DNA from: Ruminococcus albus 7 = DSM 20455
Lineage (GTDB): Bacteria > Bacillota > Clostridia > Oscillospirales > Ruminococcaceae
Direction: 5' to 3'
Assembly: GCF_000179635.2 (NCBI RefSeq)
Contig: NC_014825.1
Span: forward strand, 120,001-152,000
DNA length: 32,000 nt
Part shown: one piece after another, positions 14,335-21,590 of the stretch
How the letters are laid out: each line of letters opens with the position of its first letter
Numbering within the stretch: the stretch's first letter is position 1
Notes under the pieces: model-generated
Database searches by the model: none
Told to the model about the DNA's origin: nothing
Seen by the model: only the letters and a program-made list of their open reading frames with translations
Made by a program: the position numbers and the translations under genes

Positions 14335-14363
14335 AGTATATCACTTCGGGTAACGGTTGTCAA
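14335..14363 (-). promoter_or_regulatory. Near-consensus promoter driving the candidate sRNA
   Basis: The minus strand reads TTGACA (14363-14358), a 17-nt spacer, then TATACT (14340-14335). Confidence 0.6.
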
Positions 14364-14535
14364 GTGGGTATTGATGAATTTTGAGCATAATTTCGGAACG
14401 GTTCGTCCGACCCTAAGAAAAAACTATACGAATAACATTACCATAATACCCTTTGCCCTGCACTTTTGATTGCAAGTCGAGTTATTGACATTCTATGAAA
14501 ATTGCGTTAAATTTCCGATTTCATAAGAATTACTC

Positions 14536-14564
14536 TTGACTTTTAGCACTTTAAAGTGTAAAAT
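14536..14564 (+). promoter_or_regulatory. Near-consensus promoter of the recombinase operon
   Basis: TTGACT (14536-14541), a 17-nt spacer, then TAAAAT (14559-14564). Confidence 0.65.
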
Positions 14565-14613
14565 CAAAATAGCAAAGGGGAACACTCCCCGAATACACGG
14601 GGAAGGAGGTTAA

Positions 14614-14718
14614 ATGCACAAAAAGATAGTAACTGCGGCTATTAGCCGAGTGACCGAAAACAGCGGCAAGTTTGTTGAAACAGCACCTGCCTACCTTATT
14701 ATAAAGGGGGCGGTATGA
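14614..14718 (+). CDS. 34-aa micro-ORF, translationally coupled to the next gene
   Basis: The strong SD GGAAGGAGGT ends 4 nt before the ATG at 14614. The product is MHKKIVTAAISRVTENSGKFVETAPAYLIIKGAV. Its TGA overlaps the ATG at 14715 (ATGA). Confidence 0.5.
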   Translation: MHKKIVTAAISRVTENSGKFVETAPAYLIIKGAV

Positions 14719-14951
14719 TGAAAACTCTGCTCTATGGACAAGCCGAATACTATTACGCCATCAGCTGCCAAATGACGCGCAGACTCGAACAGCAAGGTAT
14801 TATCACCGCCGATCAGCGCAGGCGGATCGACGAGCTTGACCGCAAGTCAATCTATGAAATGTATCCGTCGGTTGACGATCTGGAAACCGAAACAAGCGGC
14901 AGCGAAAATGCTGACGATGATAATAACGCCGATAACGATACGGCTTCATGA
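14715..14951 (+). CDS. Small hypothetical protein with an acidic tail, upstream of the serine recombinases
   Basis: 78 aa: MMKTLLYGQAEYYYAISCQMTRRLEQQGIITADQRRRIDELDRKSIYE... followed by a D/E/N-rich tail. I recognise no family. Confidence 0.55.
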   Translation: MMKTLLYGQAEYYYAISCQMTRRLEQQGIITADQRRRIDELDRKSIYEMYPSVDDLETETSGSENADDDNNADNDTAS

Positions 14952-15009
14952 GCGCCTAATATTATGCGGAGCAGGTCAAGCGCCTGTTCCGTATATAAAA
15001 ATATGAAAG

Positions 15010-15070
15010 GTCAACTGTTTTGTAGCAAGGCTGTCAACCGTATTGTAAGGAGCTTGTCAACTGTTCCGTT
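15010..15070 (+). repeat. Three phased direct repeats (23-bp period) upstream of the first serine recombinase
   Basis: GTCAACTGTTTTGTA (15010), GTCAACCGTATTGTA (15033) and GTCAACTGTTCCGTT (15056). A related GTCAAGCGCCTGTTCCGT lies at 14975. Confidence 0.6.
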
Positions 15071-15098
15071 GGAATGAATAAGAAGGGAGAAATTTGGT

Positions 15099-16622
15099 AT
15101 GAACAACATGATAGTAGTACCTGCGGCTGCAAAGGTTCAGCGAGGGCTGACAAGGGTGGCAGCTTATTGCAGAGTATCCACAAGTCAGGAGAATCAGGAA
15201 CATTCTTATGAAGCGCAGGTGCGGTACTTCACCAACCTGTACCGCAGTTCATCGACCGAAACGTTTGTCGGTATCTATGCCGACGAGGGTATTTCGGGAA
15301 CGAGCCTTGACAAGCGCACCGAGTTTCAGAGAATGATAAACGACTGCCGTGCGGGAAAGATCGACCGCATAGTTACAAAATCGGTCAGCCGATTTGCCCG
15401 AAATACAAAGGACTGCCTTGAAACTCTTCGTGAGCTGAAAGCACTTGGAGTGACCGTGGCTTTCGAGAAAGAGAATATTGACACTTCAAGGCTCTCGGAC
15501 GAAATGATGATTACGGTCATGGGTGGTCTGGCTCAGGAGGAATCACATTCCATTTCAAGGAATGTCCGCTGGAGCATACAGCGTAAAATGGCAAACGGTA
15601 CTTTCCGACACGCAAGGGTGCCTTACGGTTATGCTAAAGACGATGAAACGGGAAATCTTATCGTTGACCCCGAACAGGCGGAGATCATTCGCAGGATATT
15701 CAATATGTATGTGAACGGCACGGGTGCGCACAAGATCGCCCTCACGCTCAATGATGAAAAGATACCCTCGCCTACGGGGATCGCGTGGAACAAGAAAACT
15801 ATACTGAAAATTCTTGACAACGAGAAGTACACTGGCGATACCATGTGGCAGAAAACCTACTCCGAGTTCATGGGAGAAAAGTTCAAGCCAAATCACGGGC
15901 AGGCGGCGAAATACTACATTGAGGGCAGTCACGAAGCTATTATCAGTAAGGAGCTTTTCGAGATGGCGGCTAAGGTGAAAAAGAAAGCCGCGCCCAAGAG
16001 CTTCGAGAAGAACAATACTCCGTTCAGGAAAAAGCTGATCTGCAGAAAATGCGGTCATACCTACACCTTTATTTCCTCTAAGCGTCGTAATTACTGGCAA
16101 TGTAACTGCCGAAGTGCAATAGATAAGCCTTGTGATAACAGAGTGCTGTATAATGATGAACTGGAATCCGCTTTCACGGCATTGTGTGACAAGCTCCATG
16201 TTCACGGTACCGTTATCCTCGGCAAGTGTGCCGAGCAGCTTGCGGAACTGCAAAGACTTGAACAGTTCGGAACGGCAGAGGGCGTTAAGCGAATGAAGGA
16301 GCTTTCCGACCTCAAAGACCAAAAGCAGCGGTTCAGGGGACTGTATGACAAGCACTTCATCTCGGAGGAAAAGTATCAGCAGCAGATAGGCGAGATAGAC
16401 CTAAAGATTGAAAGGCTGTCGCGGGAAATGTCGCGGCTGTCGGGAGCTAATGACGGAATTAGCGGCGAGATAAATACGCTGCTGGAGATGTTCGAGGATT
16501 ACGAAGGTTCTGACGATGATAAAAAGGAGATTATCGAATCGGCACTTGAAAAAATTACGTTTGTGGACGAAACGCTGACATTCCGCCTGCAATGCGGTCT
16601 TGAATTTACAGAGGTGGTGTAA
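15099..16622 (+). CDS. Large serine recombinase (resolvase catalytic domain + recombinase domain + zinc ribbon + coiled coil)
   Basis: 507 aa. It has VAAYCRVSTSQENQEHSYEAQ (catalytic Ser motif), VTKSVSRFARNT, PYGY, a C..C...C..C zinc ribbon (CRKCGH...WQCNC) and a C-terminal coiled coil. Confidence 0.92.
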   Translation: MNNMIVVPAAAKVQRGLTRVAAYCRVSTSQENQEHSYEAQVRYFTNLYRSSSTETFVGIYADEGISGTSLDKRTEFQRMINDCRAGKIDRIVTKSVSRFARNTKDCLETLRELKALGVTVAFEKENIDTSRLSDEMMITVMGGLAQEESHSISRNVRWSIQRKMANGTFRHARVPYGYAKDDETGNLIVDPEQAEIIRRIFNMYVNGTGAHKIALTLNDEKIPSPTGIAWNKKTILKILDNEKYTGDTMWQKTYSEFMGEKFKPNHGQAAKYYIEGSHEAIISKELFEMAAKVKKKAAPKSFEKNNTPFRKKLICRKCGHTYTFISSKRRNYWQCNCRSAIDKPCDNRVLYNDELESAFTALCDKLHVHGTVILGKCAEQLAELQRLEQFGTAEGVKRMKELSDLKDQKQRFRGLYDKHFISEEKYQQQIGEIDLKIERLSREMSRLSGANDGISGEINTLLEMFEDYEGSDDDKKEIIESALEKITFVDETLTFRLQCGLEFTEVV

Positions 16623-16624
16623 TT

Positions 16625-17500
16625 ATGGCAGTAAGAAAAACGCCGTATGGGTACATAATAGCGAACGGCAGAATCGCAGTCGATGCTGAGGAAGCAGAGG
16701 TCATCAAGCGTATCTTTTCCGATCGTATCAGCGGTCTTTCGGGCGTGAAGATAGGCGCGGCGCTCTTTGCCGAGCATATCGAGCCATTCACCGAAAGCGA
16801 GAAAAAAGCGGCTGACAGGATTTATTCCATTCTGAATGACGAACGATACTGCGGAGCTGACGACTATCCAACGATAATAAGCGAGGAAACCTTTGCCGCT
16901 TCAAGAGCCAGCATGAATAAAAAGACCTTTGGAAAAGAGCCTGACACCTACACTATACTCCGCAAGATGTCGTTCTGCTCCGAGTGCGGCAAGAACCTGG
17001 CACATTTCTCCGATCAGACAAGAGAGCTGCGTTGGCGCTGTACCAAAAAGGGCTGTATCAATTCCAAACCGAGAATAACAGATGTTGATTTCACAGCTTC
17101 GGTACTTGAAGTTCTGAACGCTGTCATTGAAACTCCCGAAATGCTTGACACGGGAGAACAGCTCACCGAATATGTTCCCGATGATAAAGTGGCAGCGATA
17201 GAAGCCGAATTGAAAGAACTGTTTGCGGCTGTCCCGATAGATCATGAGCGGGTCAAAGCCAAAGTGTATGAATTAGCAACAGCGAAGTACAACTGCTGCA
17301 CTTATAATCGCATACCTTATATAACAGAGGAACTTGTGCATATTATTCAAGGCTTTACGCCCTCGGAAGAGATCAACAAGCAAATGCTCACAAAGACTGT
17401 TGAGAAGATAACATTTGATAAAAACAAAGTGATAACCGTTACTTTCAAAAACGGCAGAAAAATAGCGGCAAAGGAGGGAGAAATATGTCAAGACCGATAG
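16625..17500 (+). CDS. Recombinase-domain protein lacking the N-terminal serine catalytic (resolvase) domain
   Basis: 291 aa. It starts directly at the recombinase-domain motif (KTPYGYIIANGRIAVDAEEAEVIKRIF) and has the zinc ribbon CSECGK...WRCTKKGC. There is no YxRVS/SR.(A)R catalytic motif. GAGGTGG lies 7 nt before the ATG. Confidence 0.8.
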   Translation: MAVRKTPYGYIIANGRIAVDAEEAEVIKRIFSDRISGLSGVKIGAALFAEHIEPFTESEKKAADRIYSILNDERYCGADDYPTIISEETFAASRASMNKKTFGKEPDTYTILRKMSFCSECGKNLAHFSDQTRELRWRCTKKGCINSKPRITDVDFTASVLEVLNAVIETPEMLDTGEQLTEYVPDDKVAAIEAELKELFAAVPIDHERVKAKVYELATAKYNCCTYNRIPYITEELVHIIQGFTPSEEINKQMLTKTVEKITFDKNKVITVTFKNGRKIAAKEGEICQDR

Positions 17501-19122
17501 AAGCGGCTTCAAACGTCAAGATAATTCCTGCAATGTCCTCGGAGGAGTTGAAACAGGCAAAGTACAGGCAGACGAGAGTCGCGGCTTACTGTAGAGTATC
17601 TACCGATCATGAGGAGCAGGCGAACAGTTACAAGGTGCAGATAGATTACTACACGAACCTCATAAATTCCAACTCCGAGTGGACAATGGCTGGTATCTAT
17701 GCTGACGAGGGTATCAGCGGAACGCAGACCAAGAACCGCAAGGAGTTCAACAAAATGATACGCAAGTGCCGGCAGAAAAAGATAGACCTTGTGCTCTGTA
17801 AGTCTATATCCCGTTTTGCCCGAAACACCGTGGACTGCCTTGAATATATCCGCGAGCTGCGCCTGCTGGGTATCGGCGTTATCTTTGAAAAAGAGAACAT
17901 AAACACCCTTGCTATGAACAGCGAGTTTATTATATCGCTGTACGGGTCGTTCGCTCAGGCGGAGTCGGAATCAATAAGCAAGAACGTTTCATGGGGAATA
18001 GAAAAATCTTTCAAGGAAGGGAAAGTAAAATATGTCATGGACAAGACCCTCGGATACCGCATGGGCGAGGACGGCAAGCCATACATTGTCGAGGAAGAAG
18101 CCGAGATCGTGCGGCGCATATATCGTATGTTCCTCGACGGTCTGAGTATGCAGAGGATAGCCGACATAATGCAGGCGGAGGGGGCTGCCCGAAGAAGCGG
18201 CTGCACTACATGGAACCGCAGCAACGTCAATTATATTCTCAAAAACGAGAAGTACGCGGGTGACGCTATCCTGCAAAAGAGCTATACGATTGACTGCATC
18301 ACTCACAAGCGGGTCAAAAACAACGGCGAGAAGAACAAGTACATTCTGCATGACTGTCACCCTGCGATAATCGACCGAGACACCTACAACCGCACTCAGC
18401 AAGAACTTACAAGGCGCTGTACGATAAAGCAGCGCAGCGATAAAGCCGTGACAGCTCAGGGGCGGTACGCCAGCAAGTATGCTCTGACCGACATAATGAT
18501 CTGCGGCGAGTGCGGCACACCTTACCGTCGCGTAGTGTGGAACTCTCATGGGAAAAAGCTGCCCGTCTGGAGATGTATCAACCGCCTTGATCACGGCAAC
18601 AGATACTGCAAGCATTCCCCGTCGCTAAATGAGGAACACTTACAGCAAGCGATAATTGATGCTATAAACACAGCATATACACATAATACGGCGTTTCTGC
18701 AAAGCATGGAGAACAATATTTCCATTGTTTTGAACGATGAGGACAAGAACAACACCGAACGGGTCAGAATAGAAAGCCGCCTTGCGGAGATAGACAAGGC
18801 TCGTGACGACCTGATACATCTTGTAACAAGCGGTTCGGTCGGAGAGGATTCTCTCGACAAGGAGTTTGAAGCCCTGAACGACGAGGAAAGCTACCTGAAA
18901 ACACAGCTTGAAGCTATGAAAAGTCAGACCGAGAAGCGTGATGAAGTACGGTACTCCATAATGTCGGCGGTCGAGGGCATTGGAGAAATGGAGAACACTA
19001 TGGTCGATTACGATGAAGTTGCGGTCAGGAAGATGATCGAGTGCATAAAGGTTTTGTCAAAGACCGAAATACTGATCATTTTCAAGGGCGGTTATGAATG
19101 TAATGCCGTTGTGGAAAAGTGA
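17485..19122 (+). CDS. Large serine recombinase
   Basis: 545 aa. It has VAAYCRVSTDHEEQANSYKVQ, CKSISRFARNT, GYRMGEDGKPYIVEEEAEIVRRIY, the zinc ribbon CGECG...WRC and a coiled-coil tail. It overlaps the previous gene by 16 nt. Confidence 0.92.
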   Translation: MSRPIEAASNVKIIPAMSSEELKQAKYRQTRVAAYCRVSTDHEEQANSYKVQIDYYTNLINSNSEWTMAGIYADEGISGTQTKNRKEFNKMIRKCRQKKIDLVLCKSISRFARNTVDCLEYIRELRLLGIGVIFEKENINTLAMNSEFIISLYGSFAQAESESISKNVSWGIEKSFKEGKVKYVMDKTLGYRMGEDGKPYIVEEEAEIVRRIYRMFLDGLSMQRIADIMQAEGAARRSGCTTWNRSNVNYILKNEKYAGDAILQKSYTIDCITHKRVKNNGEKNKYILHDCHPAIIDRDTYNRTQQELTRRCTIKQRSDKAVTAQGRYASKYALTDIMICGECGTPYRRVVWNSHGKKLPVWRCINRLDHGNRYCKHSPSLNEEHLQQAIIDAINTAYTHNTAFLQSMENNISIVLNDEDKNNTERVRIESRLAEIDKARDDLIHLVTSGSVGEDSLDKEFEALNDEESYLKTQLEAMKSQTEKRDEVRYSIMSAVEGIGEMENTMVDYDEVAVRKMIECIKVLSKTEILIIFKGGYECNAVVEK

Positions 19123-19129
19123 ATAATAA

Positions 19130-19168
19130 CAGCCTGCGTTCTTGCGTATCAGTAAGCGGCGCAGGCTG
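19130..19168 (+). terminator. Hairpin after the recombinase operon
   Basis: CAGCCTGCG (19130-19138) pairs with CGCAGGCTG (19160-19168), 8 nt after the stop. It is followed by only TTT, so this is a weak terminator. Confidence 0.5.
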
Positions 19169-19351
19169 TTTCCGTCTTAGGGCAAGTATACGGCACTTTT
19201 GATTTTTGGCATGACAAAAAACGTCCGAAAGCAGAGCCGTCAAACGTTCGTAAAACTCTCAATTTTGCACTTCAACCCGAAAAAAGTATGCAAATACACA
19301 GCTTTTTCAGGACTGATTTGACCACCCGTTTACGTTAAAGACAAAGAAATC

Positions 19352-20431
19352 TTACCAACTGAACATATCCATGCAAGCCCTTTTACGTTCAAAGTTGGAG
19401 TGAACATAAAGCCGCATTGTCAGTTCTACGCTGCTGTGTCCGAGTATCTCCGACAACGTTTTAACATCGAAGCCCAGCTCAATCGCTCTGCTTGCCCAGC
19501 CGTGGCGCAGGGCATGATAATGGATATGTGGCAGCCCCAGCTTCTTTAAAAGCCTTGAAAAACGGTACTGCATGGCTCTCGGCTCCATAGGCTTGTCCTT
19601 CCCGGTCAGCAGAAAACAGCCGTCATCAGCCTTGAATGACCGGAGCATTTCTATCATACATTCGGGGATAGGTATAATGCGGCGTGATTTCTCGCTTTTC
19701 GGCTCGCTGATAATGAGCTTGGTTTTGCCGCCGCCCTCATGGTTCTGTATGCGCTGCATGGTCTTTTTCACGGTCAGTGTGCGGTAATCAAGGTCGATGT
19801 CTGCCCATGTAAGAGCGCACAGCTCGCCTACACGAAGCCCGGTGTACATGGTGAGGGCAATACCCATGCCGGCAAGAGTGGGCTTTTCCGTTATGTACGA
19901 TTTCAGCTTGTTTTCCTCGTCCTTGGTGAGCAGACGCACCTCCTTCGACTGCTTCTTGGGCATTGTGATACCGTCAAATACGTTTTTAAAGCCGTATTCC
20001 CGTGCGGCATACTTGAACATCGACTTCATCAGCACAAGAATATCCGAAACATAGCGGCTTGAAAGCCCATTGCCGATCTTGGCGTTCATGAAGCCGTATA
20101 TCTCCTTGCTGCCGACAGCACAGCAGTTCATAGCTCCGAACGACGGTATTATGTGCTTTTTTAGCTTCAACCGATAGTTTTCAAGCGTGGATTCTTTGAC
20201 ACGATTCTGCACCGACAGCAGCCACTCTGCCGCAAGGGTGGCTATTGTCATTTTCGATGCCGGAATGTTCGGAACAGCGGAAAACTGCGTCAATTCGTGC
20301 TTTCTGCGAACTTCTTCCGCTGTCGCACCATAGTATGATTTGTACCTGCGCTTGCCGTTCTCGTCCTTGCCGAGGTAGACCCGCCCCTCGTATCGCCCGT
20401 CCTTGCGGGCATAGATGTTTAGTGTATTCAT
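19352..20431 (-). CDS. int: Tyrosine integrase, Tn916-Int-like, with an AP2/arm-type N-terminal DNA-binding domain; catalytic residues intact
   Basis: 359 aa. The N-terminus is YARKDGRYEGRVYLGKDENGKRRYKSYYGATAEE. The catalytic set is YTGLRVGE (Arg), SEPKSEKS (Lys), HALRH, LGHSS and RLYVHS (Tyr). Confidence 0.9.
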   Translation of the reverse strand: MNTLNIYARKDGRYEGRVYLGKDENGKRRYKSYYGATAEEVRRKHELTQFSAVPNIPASKMTIATLAAEWLLSVQNRVKESTLENYRLKLKKHIIPSFGAMNCCAVGSKEIYGFMNAKIGNGLSSRYVSDILVLMKSMFKYAAREYGFKNVFDGITMPKKQSKEVRLLTKDEENKLKSYITEKPTLAGMGIALTMYTGLRVGELCALTWADIDLDYRTLTVKKTMQRIQNHEGGGKTKLIISEPKSEKSRRIIPIPECMIEMLRSFKADDGCFLLTGKDKPMEPRAMQYRFSRLLKKLGLPHIHYHALRHGWASRAIELGFDVKTLSEILGHSSVELTMRLYVHSNFERKRACMDMFSW

Positions 20432-20526
20432 TTGTTTTTCTCCTTCAAAAATCCACTTAAATTGTCTGCTTTGTTAAAATAATAATTGTGTTTCCAATTT
20501 GTTAATCATTTTTGCTGTCTAAACTA

Positions 20527-20555
20527 TTGACTTTCCATGTGAAATTTGATATAAT
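20527..20555 (+). promoter_or_regulatory. Consensus promoter upstream of the tandem recombinase-like genes
   Basis: TTGACT (20527-20532), a 17-nt spacer, then TATAAT (20550-20555), in a very AT-rich 238-bp divergent intergenic region. Confidence 0.65.
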
Positions 20556-20669
20556 TTTATTAAGAACGATATGTATATAAGTCTATTTTCTACATAAAGT
20601 TATTCTATATTATATCATTTTTTGGTTGACTTTAAATTGAGAGCTTTATGAATGTTTTCGGAGGTGTGA

Positions 20670-21587
20670 ATGAGTATTGTCAAGGAACAAATACTGGTGA
20701 ACGATATGACAGTCTCCGATTTGTTTGAAGAATGGCTGGCAAGTAAAACAATAAGGTCGGATACAGCAAACAATTACAGGATCAAATACAGACGGTATCT
20801 TGAAAGAATACTTGGTGGCATCAAGGTCAACGACATCACGGCAGAAAAATGGAAGGAGCTTGAAACGGAAATTTCAAACGGCACTGATTCAAGGGGCGAT
20901 TCTCTTACGCTTACCGGTATCCGATCTTTGTTTCAGATGCTTCGTTCAATTTTCACTTACGGAACGAAAAACTATGGCTTGAACTACCCTATGGGAGAAA
21001 CCAATCTGCCGGAGGATAGGTATACCTCTGAGACTGTTTTTTCTCCGCACGAAGTAGAGATACTCAGAAAATCTGTCAAGCCGTACAAACCCGATCATCT
21101 TGGGATCATGCTCTGCATCTATACGGGAATACAGCTCGGCGAACTTTGCGGTGCCAAATGGGGCGACTTTGATACTGACGAAAGGGTGTTGAGGATTCGG
21201 CGTTCATTGGCAAGGGAGCATGATAAGGAAAATGATAACAAAACCGTTCTGAGGCTGACCGAATACGGAAACGAAAGAACCGCCCGAAATCTTCATATCC
21301 CCGACTGGATAAACGATCAGCTCATACTGCTGAAGCGTATACATGATGACAACGAAATGTTTATCCCAGGAAAAAGCGGAAGGTGTGAGCCTGTTATCTT
21401 TGTAAGCTACAGCTATACGGGATTTCTTGATAAAGCCGGCGTGAAATACAGATCGTTTACAGCCACACGGAACACATATATAAAGGTATCTGTTGAAAAC
21501 GGCATGAGCTCGGAAGAACTGAGCCTTCTGCTTGGCGATCCGAGCGAGGAGTACACAAGGAAAAAATACTATGATAAAGTGAAATGA
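20670..21587 (+). CDS. Tyrosine-recombinase-like protein with substituted catalytic residues (likely non-catalytic)
   Basis: 305 aa. GGAGG lies 5 nt before the ATG. It has a SAM-like core-binding N-domain. YTGIQLGE replaces YTGLRVGE (Arg to Gln), FTATRNTY replaces HALRH, and LGDPSE replaces LGHSS. Confidence 0.8.
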   Translation: MSIVKEQILVNDMTVSDLFEEWLASKTIRSDTANNYRIKYRRYLERILGGIKVNDITAEKWKELETEISNGTDSRGDSLTLTGIRSLFQMLRSIFTYGTKNYGLNYPMGETNLPEDRYTSETVFSPHEVEILRKSVKPYKPDHLGIMLCIYTGIQLGELCGAKWGDFDTDERVLRIRRSLAREHDKENDNKTVLRLTEYGNERTARNLHIPDWINDQLILLKRIHDDNEMFIPGKSGRCEPVIFVSYSYTGFLDKAGVKYRSFTATRNTYIKVSVENGMSSEELSLLLGDPSEEYTRKKYYDKVK

Positions 21588-21590
21588 TAA

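Noticed and set aside
20432-20669. Invertible-promoter (phase-variation) switch between the integrase and the recombinase-like genes
   Set aside because: I looked for inverted repeats of 10 bp or more bracketing the promoter at 20527 and found none. There are only weak direct similarities (ACTTAAATTG at 20455 and ACTTTAAATTG at 20631). The idea is not excluded, since partner sites could lie outside this region, but it is not supported by the sequence.
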